Below are positions 30,293 through 40,889 of a stretch of 64,000 bases of DNA, one piece after another. This DNA is from Promethearchaeota archaeon. Lineage in GTDB: Archaea; Asgardarchaeota; Lokiarchaeia; Sigyniarchaeales; SOKP01. The position numbers and the translations under genes are program-made. Within the stretch, counting starts at the first letter, position 1. Each line of letters opens with the position of its first letter. The notes beneath the pieces are model-generated. The model did no database searches. It saw only the letters and a program-made list of their open reading frames with translations, and was not told the DNA's origin. The DNA is taken from contig JAHLWP010000011.1 of assembly GCA_019057865.1 (NCBI GenBank), forward strand, positions 1 through 64,000. Direction: 5' to 3'.

Positions 30293-32512
30293 TTATTCTT
30301 CTTCTTTAAATATATCTTCTACTAATTTGGCATCATCTTTAAAGTAAATGAGGGCACCACTCCAATCTTTGAGTACTTCTGAGTATTTTTCTTCAAAGGT
30401 TTTAACAAATTCTTTTAAACGTCCTCTTACTTCTGGGCTTTCAATACCTTTTATAAAGAGAGCGCCAAAAATGCGTTGACCATATTCTAAAAGAATAGTA
30501 ATATCACCATGGTCAATTTTTTTCAATACTTCGGTAGATTTAGTCATTTCTTTAATGAATGAAGTAATTGCTGAAAACATTCCTGACACTAGCCCTGGAT
30601 CTTGGACAGTTTCTCTAATAAAAGGATAATTAAAAATACCCCGACCATCATCATAAATTATATATAAACCTTGTTTTTCTACTCTTTCATATGTGAAAGA
30701 AAATTCAGGTTTCCAGATACTTATTAGATTATTAAAAAAGAGATATTTAAGAGTAAAGAAAAGTCTCTTTTTTTCATTTTCATCTTCTGGTTTAAGTTGC
30801 TCTAATAATGTGTCCTTTTCCAAAATATTCAATAAATCCTTAATTTCTTCTCGTTCTTGTTCAATATCCTTTAAATCTATATCTGATTTTATAGTAATTA
30901 GGTATTGAATTTCTCCTTCAGAATAATCTTTGTATGTAATATAATCGCCAACTGAGGCAAATATTGTACTTTCTATTCGACTTTCATCAATTGGGAATTT
31001 AATACTTCTAAATTCCTTTTTGAGATAAAAGGCTATTAACCCCCAAATGATTATATTGAACACATACCTTGTAAATAGATAAGGAACCGCCAAAAAACCT
31101 AATAAACCAGTTAGATTAGCATCTAAAGCAGCTGTTCTAAAGGTATAAAAGTTGAATCCAAATATACTAAAAAAACTTGTTTGACCTGTTATCCAGTATT
31201 CTTCTGGAGCAAAGTTAATCAAAGCTGGTGCTTGTAGAAACCCAAATAATATGGAAACTAGGATTATTACCGGTAAAAACGATGTAAAGCTTAAGAATAG
31301 ACTTTTTAAATATTTCAAGGTATAAACCAAAAGTATAATTATTATAATTAAAGGAACAAGTTGTAAAGCAAAAAAATTGAAAATTACCATCGAATCAAAT
31401 AGAATTGAATAATTAAGAGTTGGATCTACAGGAGGAAGAAATTTCCCTGAATCAATAATAGAGTCAGGATCTTCGAATGCAATAAGGTATATGGGATTAA
31501 ATGCGATCATATTTAAAATTAGAAATACGAGTACAGCCAAAAAACTAAATACTATTCCATAATAAAAGTTTGTGTAATTAGTTTTTCTGATTTTTTCTTT
31601 TTTATGTTTCCACCAATCCAGTATTTTAATAAAGATGAGAAGAGCTATTGGTTCAAAGATATTAAGGAACAAAACGAAAATGATTGAAGCCATTATAAAA
31701 TATGCGAAGAAATAAAGCATTATTGGAATTGAATCTGTATATTGGACAATAAATAATAAAATTGATAAAATCGATATAGGTGCTCCTACTGTATAAAGAC
31801 TTTTGTATGTATCTCTTCTCATATCCTCTCCAATATATCTACCCTTTAATGTAATTTGGGAACTATATAATAATTCTATGCTTAAGATGAATATTGCAAG
31901 ATATACAAACAGAATTTCAATGAACCACCCTAATGCTGTTTCACCAGTAAGCAATGGATCACTTTCTTTTCCTGTCACAGTTAAAATCACTTGTAAGAGG
32001 TAAAGTGATATAGGTAAAAGTACAATCATTAATTTTAATATTTCTTTTTCCCTAGTCCAATTATTTTTTATTAATTCTTCTCGAATTCGTTTATAAGGAC
32101 TGTCGCTTAACTGGTAAGTCAATAATGTTAAATTGAATTTAACAGGTCCTTCTGCTTTTCTTAACCGATTCCAAACATAAAAAATTGATAAGAAAGGGGC
32201 AACACAAAAAATAAACGGTAAAGTGACTAATGGGTAATAGGCAAATAAAGATACTAACGACCCTAAATGAGAAAACAAATATCCTAATCCTACTGCATCA
32301 TTTTGGCTTTCTAATTCTTCAGGATCTATTTTTACTTGGTAAATTATTGGAAGAACCCAGTATATTAAATAAAAAACTAAAATTCCAACATAAATTCTAA
32401 GATATAGGTTTCTTATAGCTTTTTTTCGAATAAAGAAGTAGGGTATTAATAAAATTAAAATTGGAATTGCATTTACATATATAGTAAACAAAATTTCAGG
32501 AGCATTCATCAT
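30293..32512 (-). CDS. Polytopic membrane protein with C-terminal longin-like domain
   Basis: About 12 hydrophobic segments; C-terminal GLYIIYDDGRGIF...DPGLVSGMFSAITSFIKE...IDHGDITILLEYG...FVKTFEEKY. Confidence 0.75.
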   Translation of the reverse strand: MMNAPEILFTIYVNAIPILILLIPYFFIRKKAIRNLYLRIYVGILVFYLIYWVLPIIYQVKIDPEELESQNDAVGLGYLFSHLGSLVSLFAYYPLVTLPFIFCVAPFLSIFYVWNRLRKAEGPVKFNLTLLTYQLSDSPYKRIREELIKNNWTREKEILKLMIVLLPISLYLLQVILTVTGKESDPLLTGETALGWFIEILFVYLAIFILSIELLYSSQITLKGRYIGEDMRRDTYKSLYTVGAPISILSILLFIVQYTDSIPIMLYFFAYFIMASIIFVLFLNIFEPIALLIFIKILDWWKHKKEKIRKTNYTNFYYGIVFSFLAVLVFLILNMIAFNPIYLIAFEDPDSIIDSGKFLPPVDPTLNYSILFDSMVIFNFFALQLVPLIIIIILLVYTLKYLKSLFLSFTSFLPVIILVSILFGFLQAPALINFAPEEYWITGQTSFFSIFGFNFYTFRTAALDANLTGLLGFLAVPYLFTRYVFNIIIWGLIAFYLKKEFRSIKFPIDESRIESTIFASVGDYITYKDYSEGEIQYLITIKSDIDLKDIEQEREEIKDLLNILEKDTLLEQLKPEDENEKKRLFFTLKYLFFNNLISIWKPEFSFTYERVEKQGLYIIYDDGRGIFNYPFIRETVQDPGLVSGMFSAITSFIKEMTKSTEVLKKIDHGDITILLEYGQRIFGALFIKGIESPEVRGRLKEFVKTFEEKYSEVLKDWSGALIYFKDDAKLVEDIFKEEE

Positions 32513-32612
32513 TATTCACATGCATTTTTTTATTAAATAAAATGTATTTAAAATAAAGTATGCAAATTTTAATATAATAATTTAGTTATTTTTGAATATT
32601 TTTAAAGTTAAT

Positions 32613-33710
32613 ATGCCAAAGAATAATAAAATTGGAATTGTTGTTGATGATGACTTTGCTTCGAAGAATATTCCCCCATATCCACATCCAATCTTTCTTT
32701 CTTACGAAACTCCCCTTAGGATCAAATCTATTTTGACTCACTTTGAAAATAGAAAAATTTTCGAAAATGAAAATGTAATTAAATTAAAACCTAAACTAAT
32801 AGATGAATCGATAATTAACTTAGCTCATACAAAATATCATATTGATTCTATTAAAAATCTCTCAAATTTAGGTAGTGGCTTTCTTGGCGAAGAAATCTAC
32901 ATCACAGAAGACACCTTTTTACTAGCAAAAAAAGCAATTGGAGGTACTATACAAGCAATTGAGAGTGTAATAAATCAAGATGTAAATCAATCGTTTGCTC
33001 TTATAAGACCACCAGGACACCATGCTTTGAGAGAAAAGGCTTCTGGATTTTGTATATTTAATAATATAGCAAATTCAGTCATATTTTTACGGGAAAAACT
33101 CAATTATAATAAAAAAGTAGCAATTATTGATATTGATAGTCATTTTGGTGATGGATTAGTACAATATTTTTATGATGATCCAAATGTTCTTTATTTTTCT
33201 ATTCATGAATTTGATTTTGTAGAGGGAGAAATTGGTTTTATAAATGAATTAGGTGAGGGTGATGGTCTAGGCAAAAGTATTAACTTTCCAATACCAATGC
33301 ACTGTACAGATGATACATTTTTAGAATTTATGGACATACTTGAACCTATATTAAATGAATTTTGCCCTGATCTAATAATTATTGCTGCTGGATTTGATAT
33401 GCATTTCTCAGATCCAATAGGAAACTGTAGTTTAACATCTAATTCTTATTTCAAATTCACTAAGAGAATTTTAAAAATATCAAATGATATATGCATGGGC
33501 AAATTAGTATTTGTTTTAGAAGGTGGCTATAATTTAATAGCATTACCATTCTGTGTCCATGCTGTCATAAATGCACTTTTAAATGAAGAATATGAACCAC
33601 CCACTTTTGAGAATATTGAATTCTTAGAAAAGAGTAAAATTGAAGATATAACTAAAATAAAAAATTCTTTAAAAAACTTATTAGCTAATTACTGGACTTC
33701 GATAAAGTAA
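32613..33710 (+). CDS. Histone deacetylase family protein
   Basis: RPPGHH, GFCIFNN, DIDSHFGDG, AAGFD.H..DP, LEGGY. ATG start at 32613 preferred. Confidence 0.92.
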   Translation: MPKNNKIGIVVDDDFASKNIPPYPHPIFLSYETPLRIKSILTHFENRKIFENENVIKLKPKLIDESIINLAHTKYHIDSIKNLSNLGSGFLGEEIYITEDTFLLAKKAIGGTIQAIESVINQDVNQSFALIRPPGHHALREKASGFCIFNNIANSVIFLREKLNYNKKVAIIDIDSHFGDGLVQYFYDDPNVLYFSIHEFDFVEGEIGFINELGEGDGLGKSINFPIPMHCTDDTFLEFMDILEPILNEFCPDLIIIAAGFDMHFSDPIGNCSLTSNSYFKFTKRILKISNDICMGKLVFVLEGGYNLIALPFCVHAVINALLNEEYEPPTFENIEFLEKSKIEDITKIKNSLKNLLANYWTSIK

Positions 33711-33728
33711 GAAAAAATTAAGAAATTA
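33653..33728 (+). repeat. 76-bp direct repeat, copy 1 (HDAC 3' end)
   Basis: 72/76 identical to 38052-38127. Confidence 0.9.
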
Positions 33729-33827
33729 TCGTCCTCAATATTTCGTATTAACTTATAGGAATAATTAATAATCAGTTAATTCATTTTTTGTTTTTTACAT
33801 TTCTGTAAGTTAAGATATCGAAATCTC

Positions 33828-36800
33828 CTATCTTGTACTTTGAATAAACAATCTTTCTCTATTTTGCTCTTTTTCCCATTTTTTGCGCTCTGAACGTAAT
33901 TTGAAGAGGTCAATATCTTTATATATCAAGCCTTCTTCTTTTGCTGGAATGTTTCTTTCAGTACGATCTTTCTCGGGGGTATAGATTAGCGAATCACCAA
34001 ATTCAGCGACATTGGCGAAGAAGCAGTAAGCATATATAGATCTACGTGCATCAAAATGAGCTGCTTTAAAGTCAGCGGTAACAGGAGTAAATGCTGGATT
34101 TAAAATAATGTCTACAGCAGGTTCGAAATTCTTTAATTCTACTCTTAAATCCATATCTAAAAAGTCTCGACATATAGCGATAGCAATTCTTCCGTATTCA
34201 GTATTACAGACTAGTATTTTTCGAGGTCTTGAGGTGGTTTCTATAGCTTCTTTAAATTTTTTATCTTTAAAGTGAATTATAGCTGGAATATGTTTTTCTT
34301 GTTTCCATAGAATTCTTTCAGGAGAGATAACCATACTTATATTTTGTTTTGTTTCTTGGTCGTGATAGGAACCTGGAATGATATACATATTATATTTCTT
34401 GGCGAGATTTGATATCTCTTCCAAAAATTCTATATAGTTTAAATCTATAGTCATTTCTGGAAAAATTAGAACATTAATTTTATGTTTACCAGCATTATCA
34501 ACCATTTTTTTAACATTACTTATCACAGTTTTTATTTTATCTTTTTTAAATCCCAACAGACCAGAAGATTTCTCTTCAAAAAATTCTGTTATAATTTCAC
34601 CAGTTTTTGATAAACCAATTTGAGCAATACCTATTCTAAATTGACTTTTTTGGATTTTAAAGTCCTGATTAAGAAAATCTGTATATATTATTTCATATTT
34701 TTTCCTTTCAGTTTTCTCTTCTACAAATCTTCTTAATATATTATCTGTGATTTGACGTACTTCACTTAATCTAGGAGGTTGACTGATTTCTATAGGACAA
34801 GCCGGAGCAATTATACCAGTTGTGCTTCCAGAAATCTCAGGTTTTTTAATTGAATTTAAAGCAGAAAACAAAATCTTTTCTTCCTTTTCAATCAATCCAA
34901 TACGATTCAATACTTCATTTTGTTTATCTTCGTAACCTGCTTTACCGAAAAGATCTGCTGTTGATTTTAGAATTTGCTCTCCTAATTTAAGAAGTCTTTC
35001 TTTCTCTTTTAATTCCATCTCTTCATCTGCTTTAATTATATGCCATACACCATCAAAATAAGTAGAAGTAGCTATAGCCCAATTTGCACCATTTTTAAAA
35101 CCTCCCTTCTCATAAGAAGTTGCAGCTCCTCTTAACATTGCTTTAATGTTTGGATACAATTTTACTTTAGTTTCTGAGTCATAAGACTCATCAAATTTAC
35201 ATCCTAGTTTTAAAGCATTACAGAAAGCAGAATTCCCAGACGCTAGCAATTTCATTTTATTATCAGGAAAAGTTTGGCTTGCTTTTGAGAATAGATCTGC
35301 TGCTTCTGCATATCTTTCTGGTTCTAAATAATTTTCAGCGAATTCCATATTCTCCCAGGCTTTACAGAGATAATAAACTGCTTTAAGTTCCTCTCGTTCT
35401 CGTTTAATTATAAATAGAGTGCAAATATCTCTAATTTGAGAAGCTGCTGAGGAAAATTTTTCTGCAGCATCAATATGTTCTCCTTTTTTTCCTAAGATCT
35501 TTGCTTTTTCAAGGTTTATTCTGGCTGAGCAATAATTCATCCTTATTTTGGCTATATTCTCGAGTTTCTTGATTCTTTCTTTTTCAATTTTATCTTTAGA
35601 TTGTATAAAGGATTTTTCTAGCGTCTTTATAGCGTTATAAAAGATTTTTTTGGTTTTTTCGAAACTCTCAATGGCTTCATTATATTTTTCTTGTTTACTG
35701 AGGTGCTCTGCTTCCTCTTGTGATATCCATGCAGAAAAGTAGAGTGCTTCGTAATTGTACCTTGGTATTCTTTTTAGAATTTCACACGCTTTTTCGTAAC
35801 ATTCTTTAGCTTTTAAGTGACTTTCTCTTTTATTGTATGATTTTGCCTTTTCGATTAGATTCCAAGCATGGGCATATTCAATTTTTTCATTGACCCTTTT
35901 TTTCAAGAGTTTGTATTCAATGGTTTCAAGTGACTTTCCGTAAGCTTTTTGAGCTCTTTTATAGTGTTCCGCAGAAGCCGTGTGATTGCCCAGTCGATCT
36001 TCTATGCGTGCTATATATTCATGAGCAGCAGCAGCACAAAAATCATATCCCCTTTCTATACTTTGATTTATAACTTCCTGTAAGGTTGTTTTTGCTTCTG
36101 AAAGAAAAGAAATATCTTTGGTTAAAATGCTAAATTCTTCGTAAAATAAACCTAACCTTAATTGCGTTGTAAGAATTCCAGTCCTAGATTCAACATTACT
36201 TTGCATATATTTTTTAATAGAATCTATCGCAGAAGAAAGCATATTTACTTTTTTATCAATGGGTTCTACAATCTCTGCGAGTGTTTTATATGCTTTATAT
36301 AAAGATGCAGAACCAGCATTCTTGACCCAACCTCCTTCATATTTTTCTGCAATAGTTTCTGCTTTCTTTGCATATTCAAGTGCAGTCTGGGCATGTTTTT
36401 CTTTTTCTGTTTTATTTTTACTCAAAAGTGCTAGTCCGCAGTACGACAAAGTTAGCATTTGGCACAACCAAGCTGAAAATGGTTCAAAAACAATTGTTTT
36501 TATAGCATTAGAAGCAATATTAATCCCTCTTTCAGCATATGACTTCCTATCTGATAATTTAAAAAATTTACTTTGTGCAAAATTACCATAAATCATAGCT
36601 GGTAAGAAACTAGTATAAAATTGCCAATTTGTGAAAGAATTTGAAAACTTTTTACCATGTTCTAAAAATTCTTCTAAGTCATTAAAAATTCTCTTTTGAA
36701 TATAATCAATTTTACCTCCAAGAAAGGTATGCCAATCCAAACAAAAAATACTTTCAATTATTTCAGAGAAAAAAAAAGATTGCCGTCCAAGTTCTATACT

Positions 36801-37661
36801 TTTTTCAACCAAATCTATTTCTTTTTCTATAAATTCATTTTGATCAGTTTCATCTTCCAAGAAAAAAAGACCATACATACCATAACAAAAGCCAACAATG
36901 AAATAAAGTTGACTAAGAATTCTTTTGTCTTCGCATTCTTTACAGTATTCAAGACTCTTTTCACACCTTTTAGTTTCTTCTTTCACATATTTTTCCCAAA
37001 ATGGATCCATACGATAATTTTTAATACAGGATATCATGAATACGATTCTTCCTTCAGCAATTAAAGATTCTGTAATTATCTTACAATTCTTTAAATCAAA
37101 AGAAATTTCCCATGCTTTCTTAGCAAAATTTAATCCTTTTTGACTTATTTCATCAATTTCTTTAGGATCTCTGTGAAGATATAATATAAAGGAAATTGTC
37201 ATAGCAGCACGACTTAATGCTAAAGCAATTTTTTCTCTATTATTTTCTTTTGAATAATCCTTATACGCATCAAGAAACAAATCACATGCTTTGCTTAATA
37301 TTTTTTTTCCGGAGCGTTCTGAGTCCGCCAATAAGCCTTTAATAAATAAAGATTCCGCGTTACATTCTATTGATTCAACAGTATTTTTAAGTTTTAAAAA
37401 CATTTTATTGGCTTTTTGAAATGCATCAATTGCATTGTTTTGCATTTCGATGTATTTTTCACGGCTGTCAGTCTTTTCTGAAGCCTTATCAAATAGATAC
37501 CCAAGTTTCTTATATAAATTAGCAACTCCTTCAAAATTATTTTTTTCTAAATAATTTGTAATTAGTTGTTGGTAAAGTTTTATTGCCCTCAACCAATTAT
37601 AGTTTTTTTCCTCAACCTTTACTCTTTCTAAGAGAGATACTTCTGTTTCCTCTATCATCAT
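33828..37661 (-). CDS. Large TPR-repeat protein with C-terminal carbon-nitrogen hydrolase (nitrilase) domain
   Basis: About 950 aa of TPR-like helices, then RIGIAQ, LIFPE, QEKHIP, IAICRDF (Glu-Lys-Cys triad). Confidence 0.85.
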   Translation of the reverse strand: MMIEETEVSLLERVKVEEKNYNWLRAIKLYQQLITNYLEKNNFEGVANLYKKLGYLFDKASEKTDSREKYIEMQNNAIDAFQKANKMFLKLKNTVESIECNAESLFIKGLLADSERSGKKILSKACDLFLDAYKDYSKENNREKIALALSRAAMTISFILYLHRDPKEIDEISQKGLNFAKKAWEISFDLKNCKIITESLIAEGRIVFMISCIKNYRMDPFWEKYVKEETKRCEKSLEYCKECEDKRILSQLYFIVGFCYGMYGLFFLEDETDQNEFIEKEIDLVEKSIELGRQSFFFSEIIESIFCLDWHTFLGGKIDYIQKRIFNDLEEFLEHGKKFSNSFTNWQFYTSFLPAMIYGNFAQSKFFKLSDRKSYAERGINIASNAIKTIVFEPFSAWLCQMLTLSYCGLALLSKNKTEKEKHAQTALEYAKKAETIAEKYEGGWVKNAGSASLYKAYKTLAEIVEPIDKKVNMLSSAIDSIKKYMQSNVESRTGILTTQLRLGLFYEEFSILTKDISFLSEAKTTLQEVINQSIERGYDFCAAAAHEYIARIEDRLGNHTASAEHYKRAQKAYGKSLETIEYKLLKKRVNEKIEYAHAWNLIEKAKSYNKRESHLKAKECYEKACEILKRIPRYNYEALYFSAWISQEEAEHLSKQEKYNEAIESFEKTKKIFYNAIKTLEKSFIQSKDKIEKERIKKLENIAKIRMNYCSARINLEKAKILGKKGEHIDAAEKFSSAASQIRDICTLFIIKREREELKAVYYLCKAWENMEFAENYLEPERYAEAADLFSKASQTFPDNKMKLLASGNSAFCNALKLGCKFDESYDSETKVKLYPNIKAMLRGAATSYEKGGFKNGANWAIATSTYFDGVWHIIKADEEMELKEKERLLKLGEQILKSTADLFGKAGYEDKQNEVLNRIGLIEKEEKILFSALNSIKKPEISGSTTGIIAPACPIEISQPPRLSEVRQITDNILRRFVEEKTERKKYEIIYTDFLNQDFKIQKSQFRIGIAQIGLSKTGEIITEFFEEKSSGLLGFKKDKIKTVISNVKKMVDNAGKHKINVLIFPEMTIDLNYIEFLEEISNLAKKYNMYIIPGSYHDQETKQNISMVISPERILWKQEKHIPAIIHFKDKKFKEAIETTSRPRKILVCNTEYGRIAIAICRDFLDMDLRVELKNFEPAVDIILNPAFTPVTADFKAAHFDARRSIYAYCFFANVAEFGDSLIYTPEKDRTERNIPAKEEGLIYKDIDLFKLRSERKKWEKEQNRERLFIQSTR

Positions 37662-38001
37662 TCGAATATATTGAGTATGTTATATTTCTACCCTTAGGTT
37701 TTCTAAATATATTTTAGATAATGATTAATAAACAGTTATTTCTGTTTTTATTTTTTTTGGTAGAAGATCTAGTGAAAATCAATTTACTAAAAAAAAAGAT
37801 AGAATTACCTTTTAATAATAAAATTATCAAAAAGATTATAAATCATTTAAGAGAAAAATATTGTTTTTGGAACTTTTTTAAATTAATCATTTAACAACAA
37901 AATCTTAAGAATGATTTTTGCGAAAAAAATTAAGAAAGTCATAGAATTTCTAAATTTAACCTTCGAGTTTTAATGCAGTCTGTTGGACTGCAAAATAACT
38001 A

Positions 38002-38127
38002 TCCTTTGAATATTTAGATTTTTCAAATAATTCTAAGGAATTAGAAATAAATAAAATAAAAAATTCTTTAAAAAACTTATTAGCTAATTACTGGATTTCA
38101 ATACAATAAGAAAAAATTAAGAAATTA
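38002..38127 (+). repeat. Direct repeat copy 2 / displaced HDAC 3'-end remnant
   Basis: 38052-38127 matches copy 1. Frame 38002-38109 reads SFEYLDFSNNSKELEINKIKNSLKNLLANYWISIQ*, versus HDAC TFENIEFLEKSKIEDITKIKNSLKNLLANYWTSIK*. Confidence 0.85.
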
Positions 38128-38526
38128 AACAAGACTAGTTAATTTTTGGGCGTACTCTTGAACAACAAATAACGTATCCCTAGGTCCCACTTTTGGATTT
38201 ATATAGCAAATTAATGCTCCTGTTCCCCCGATAGGAATGGGACAAATAATAATATGCCCTTTTCCTGTTATATTCGTTCCTATTTTTCTTTCTTCTGTGT
38301 TTTCTACGATCATATATTTTATAGCCTGAATAGTAATATTTGTCATTCCTTTTTGACCAAGCTCTAGTTTAGTATTAAGCAACTCGTTAATCTGATCTAG
38401 ATCGTTAGAAACATCCCAGTTTTCAGTTTGAGTGAGTAGAATACCATCTTTATTTAAAATCGCAATCCCAAAAATATTTTGCTCTTCATTTAATAACTCA
38501 TCAATAATTACTTCTATTTCAGACAT
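38125..38526 (-). CDS. Asgard (Loki-type) profilin
   Basis: GIAIL.KDG..LTQTENW, IKYMIVENTEERKIGTNITGKGH, matching the recognisable Loki profilin sequence. Confidence 0.9.
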   Translation of the reverse strand: MSEIEVIIDELLNEEQNIFGIAILNKDGILLTQTENWDVSNDLDQINELLNTKLELGQKGMTNITIQAIKYMIVENTEERKIGTNITGKGHIIICPIPIGGTGALICYINPKVGPRDTLFVVQEYAQKLTSLV

Positions 38527-38630
38527 TATAATTACCAAAATATTATATTAGCAAATTATTATTTAATAAATAAATTATAAATTTAAATATACGTTTAAAA
38601 ATAATTTTAAATTAATGACGGTGAAATTGA

Positions 38631-39173
38631 TTGGCATTCAGAATGTGGAAAAAGGCAATACTTCTTTCATTGCGTGAAAAAAGGATATTCACAGTTTTTG
38701 TATTGATATATACTATTTTAATATTTTTATCAAGTTTATTCATAGAATTGGGAATTGGGGGTCAATTAGGAGAATCTGCTATATACTATATCTTGATTTT
38801 TTTTAGTACTAGTTTAATTCTTTCTCTACTCTATGCTTGGATTTTGGTGTCTAGAAGAAGACGAGTTTGGGCTACATTCAAATGTATTGGTTATACAAAT
38901 AAAAATATAATTATATTGGTATCAGGAATTATATTATTTACTACATCAATGGGATTTTTTATTGTAATTGAAGTTCTATTTCATTATGCTGCTATTGTCG
39001 CTTATTTAAATTCAGCAGAAATCAATTTAGATATTACAATTTTAATAGGATTAGTCCCAGTTATTGTAACTAGTGTATTATTCATATTTGTTCAACTAAT
39101 TGCCCTTATTGTTGTTTATAGAAAAGTGTTAAAAGTAAGACCAATAATTGCATTAAAAAGAGTAGGAGTGTAA
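38631..39173 (+). CDS. Short FtsX/MacB-like ABC permease
   Basis: RRR.WATFKCIGYT, four TM segments, PIIALK ending. Confidence 0.8.
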   Translation: MAFRMWKKAILLSLREKRIFTVFVLIYTILIFLSSLFIELGIGGQLGESAIYYILIFFSTSLILSLLYAWILVSRRRRVWATFKCIGYTNKNIIILVSGIILFTTSMGFFIVIEVLFHYAAIVAYLNSAEINLDITILIGLVPVIVTSVLFIFVQLIALIVVYRKVLKVRPIIALKRVGV

Positions 39174-39186
39174 GGAGGAAAAAGAA

Positions 39187-39879
39187 ATGGCATTTGCAAA
39201 AGATATTATGATTGAGGCAATTGATATAAATAAGGAATATAGACGGGCAGGAGCCATTATTAGAGCATTAGTAGATATAAATTTAAAAGTAAAATCTGGG
39301 GAGTTTGTAATAGTGCAAGGACCAACCGGATGTGGAAAAAGTACTCTCCTTAATGTATTATCAGGTTTAGATTTACCAGATTCGGGTAGAGTTATTTTTG
39401 ATGGTGAAAATATAGCACGAGCAACAGAAGATAGATTAAGTAGAATTCGGCGTCAAAAAATTGGTTTTGTATTCCAAGATTATAACCTTGTTAATTCATT
39501 AACAGCAATCGAAAATATAGAAGCATTATTATGGCCGACAGTCTTAAGTAATAAAGAAATAGAAAATAGATCAATTGCAGCATTAAGAGATGTTAATCTT
39601 CTTGAACGTAAAGACCACCATCCTGTTCAACTAAGTGGTGGTGAAAAACAAAGGGTTGGATTAGCGAGGGCAATTATTCATAGACCTAGGGTTATCTTAG
39701 CAGATGAACCAACTGGAAATTTAGATCCTGAATCAGAAACACATGTAATGGAGTTATTAAAGAAAATTAATAAGGACAGAGAAACAACAGTTATAGTAGT
39801 TACTCATCGTACGCACTTGAATAAATTTGCTGATAAAGTTATTAAAATGGATAAGGGAAGAATTATTAAAATTGAATAA
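39187..39879 (+). CDS. ABC ATPase (LolD/MacB-like)
   Basis: GPTGCGKST, IGFVFQ, LSGGEKQR, LADEPTGNLD. Confidence 0.92.
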   Translation: MAFAKDIMIEAIDINKEYRRAGAIIRALVDINLKVKSGEFVIVQGPTGCGKSTLLNVLSGLDLPDSGRVIFDGENIARATEDRLSRIRRQKIGFVFQDYNLVNSLTAIENIEALLWPTVLSNKEIENRSIAALRDVNLLERKDHHPVQLSGGEKQRVGLARAIIHRPRVILADEPTGNLDPESETHVMELLKKINKDRETTVIVVTHRTHLNKFADKVIKMDKGRIIKIE

Positions 39880-40124
39880 TATCTAATTCTATTTTATTAT
39901 CATTTTTTTTGCTTGATTTTCTCATTCTATACATTTATCTATCAAATTTTTATACTCCTCTGAATATAGATAAAGATTTTTTTCTTAAATTATTGCAAGT
40001 ATGGTATAAATTATATACTTAATAAGATAGATGGATTTTCAAAACAAAAATATAAATATATTAAGAGTTTTTGAAATACTATTAACTAAACTAAAATCAA
40101 AGTCTAAATTAAAAATTAGGTAGG

Positions 40125-40889
40125 GTGTTAAAAATCGGAAAAAAGCGTGTGATTCTGTCAGGTTGTGCTGGAATGTGTTGTCTCTTACCAATGGCATATA
40201 TAAGTTTTCGGTTTCTAAATTTAACAGGAGGAGTTACTGGCGGATTATTAGAGAATTTTGAGGATGCTTTGAGTTCAATAACAGATCTCATAGGTTTTGG
40301 TGGACCCTTTTTAGAAATTGTAGCGGGGGGTTTTATTGGAATGGCTATGATTTTTTTATTTCCTATTCATTGGTGTATATATTACCGCCCTGAAGATGTA
40401 GGGTTAATTATTGCGGTTACTGTTCCTTGGATTTTATGTTGTGCCATCACGAGTGGCTTATTTGCTCATTCTCCTCGAGGTGGTATTAACACTAGTCTTG
40501 CTATTGGTTTTGGATATATGATTCCACTATCGATTATTTATCTAGTATTAGCTGTTGCATTTCCATTAGGTTCAGCAGTTTTAGATGGGTTATTATTGGG
40601 ATTGGCAGACTTACCATTTTTACTTGCTATACTTACGTCAATCTTTGAGGGCTGCTTGGTGGGGGCAGTTTTTGGAGCGTTTATTGGTAGCTTGAAATAT
40701 AAACCCGGGAAAGCAAAACCAAAGATTAAAAAAGTTAAAGACAAAGAAGCCGAAATTTCTGAACCTACTTTTGAAAAATTAGGAAAAGCAGAAGAGGCAG
40801 AAAGTATTTCACCTTTTTGTACGAACTGCGGAGCTAAACTTACTCCATCTGATGATTTTTGCACTAATTGCGGGCAAAAAAGAAAGTAA
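40125..40889 (+). CDS. Membrane protein with C-terminal zinc ribbon
   Basis: About 5 TM segments; FCTNCGA...FCTNCG. Confidence 0.75.
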   Translation: MLKIGKKRVILSGCAGMCCLLPMAYISFRFLNLTGGVTGGLLENFEDALSSITDLIGFGGPFLEIVAGGFIGMAMIFLFPIHWCIYYRPEDVGLIIAVTVPWILCCAITSGLFAHSPRGGINTSLAIGFGYMIPLSIIYLVLAVAFPLGSAVLDGLLLGLADLPFLLAILTSIFEGCLVGAVFGAFIGSLKYKPGKAKPKIKKVKDKEAEISEPTFEKLGKAEEAESISPFCTNCGAKLTPSDDFCTNCGQKRK

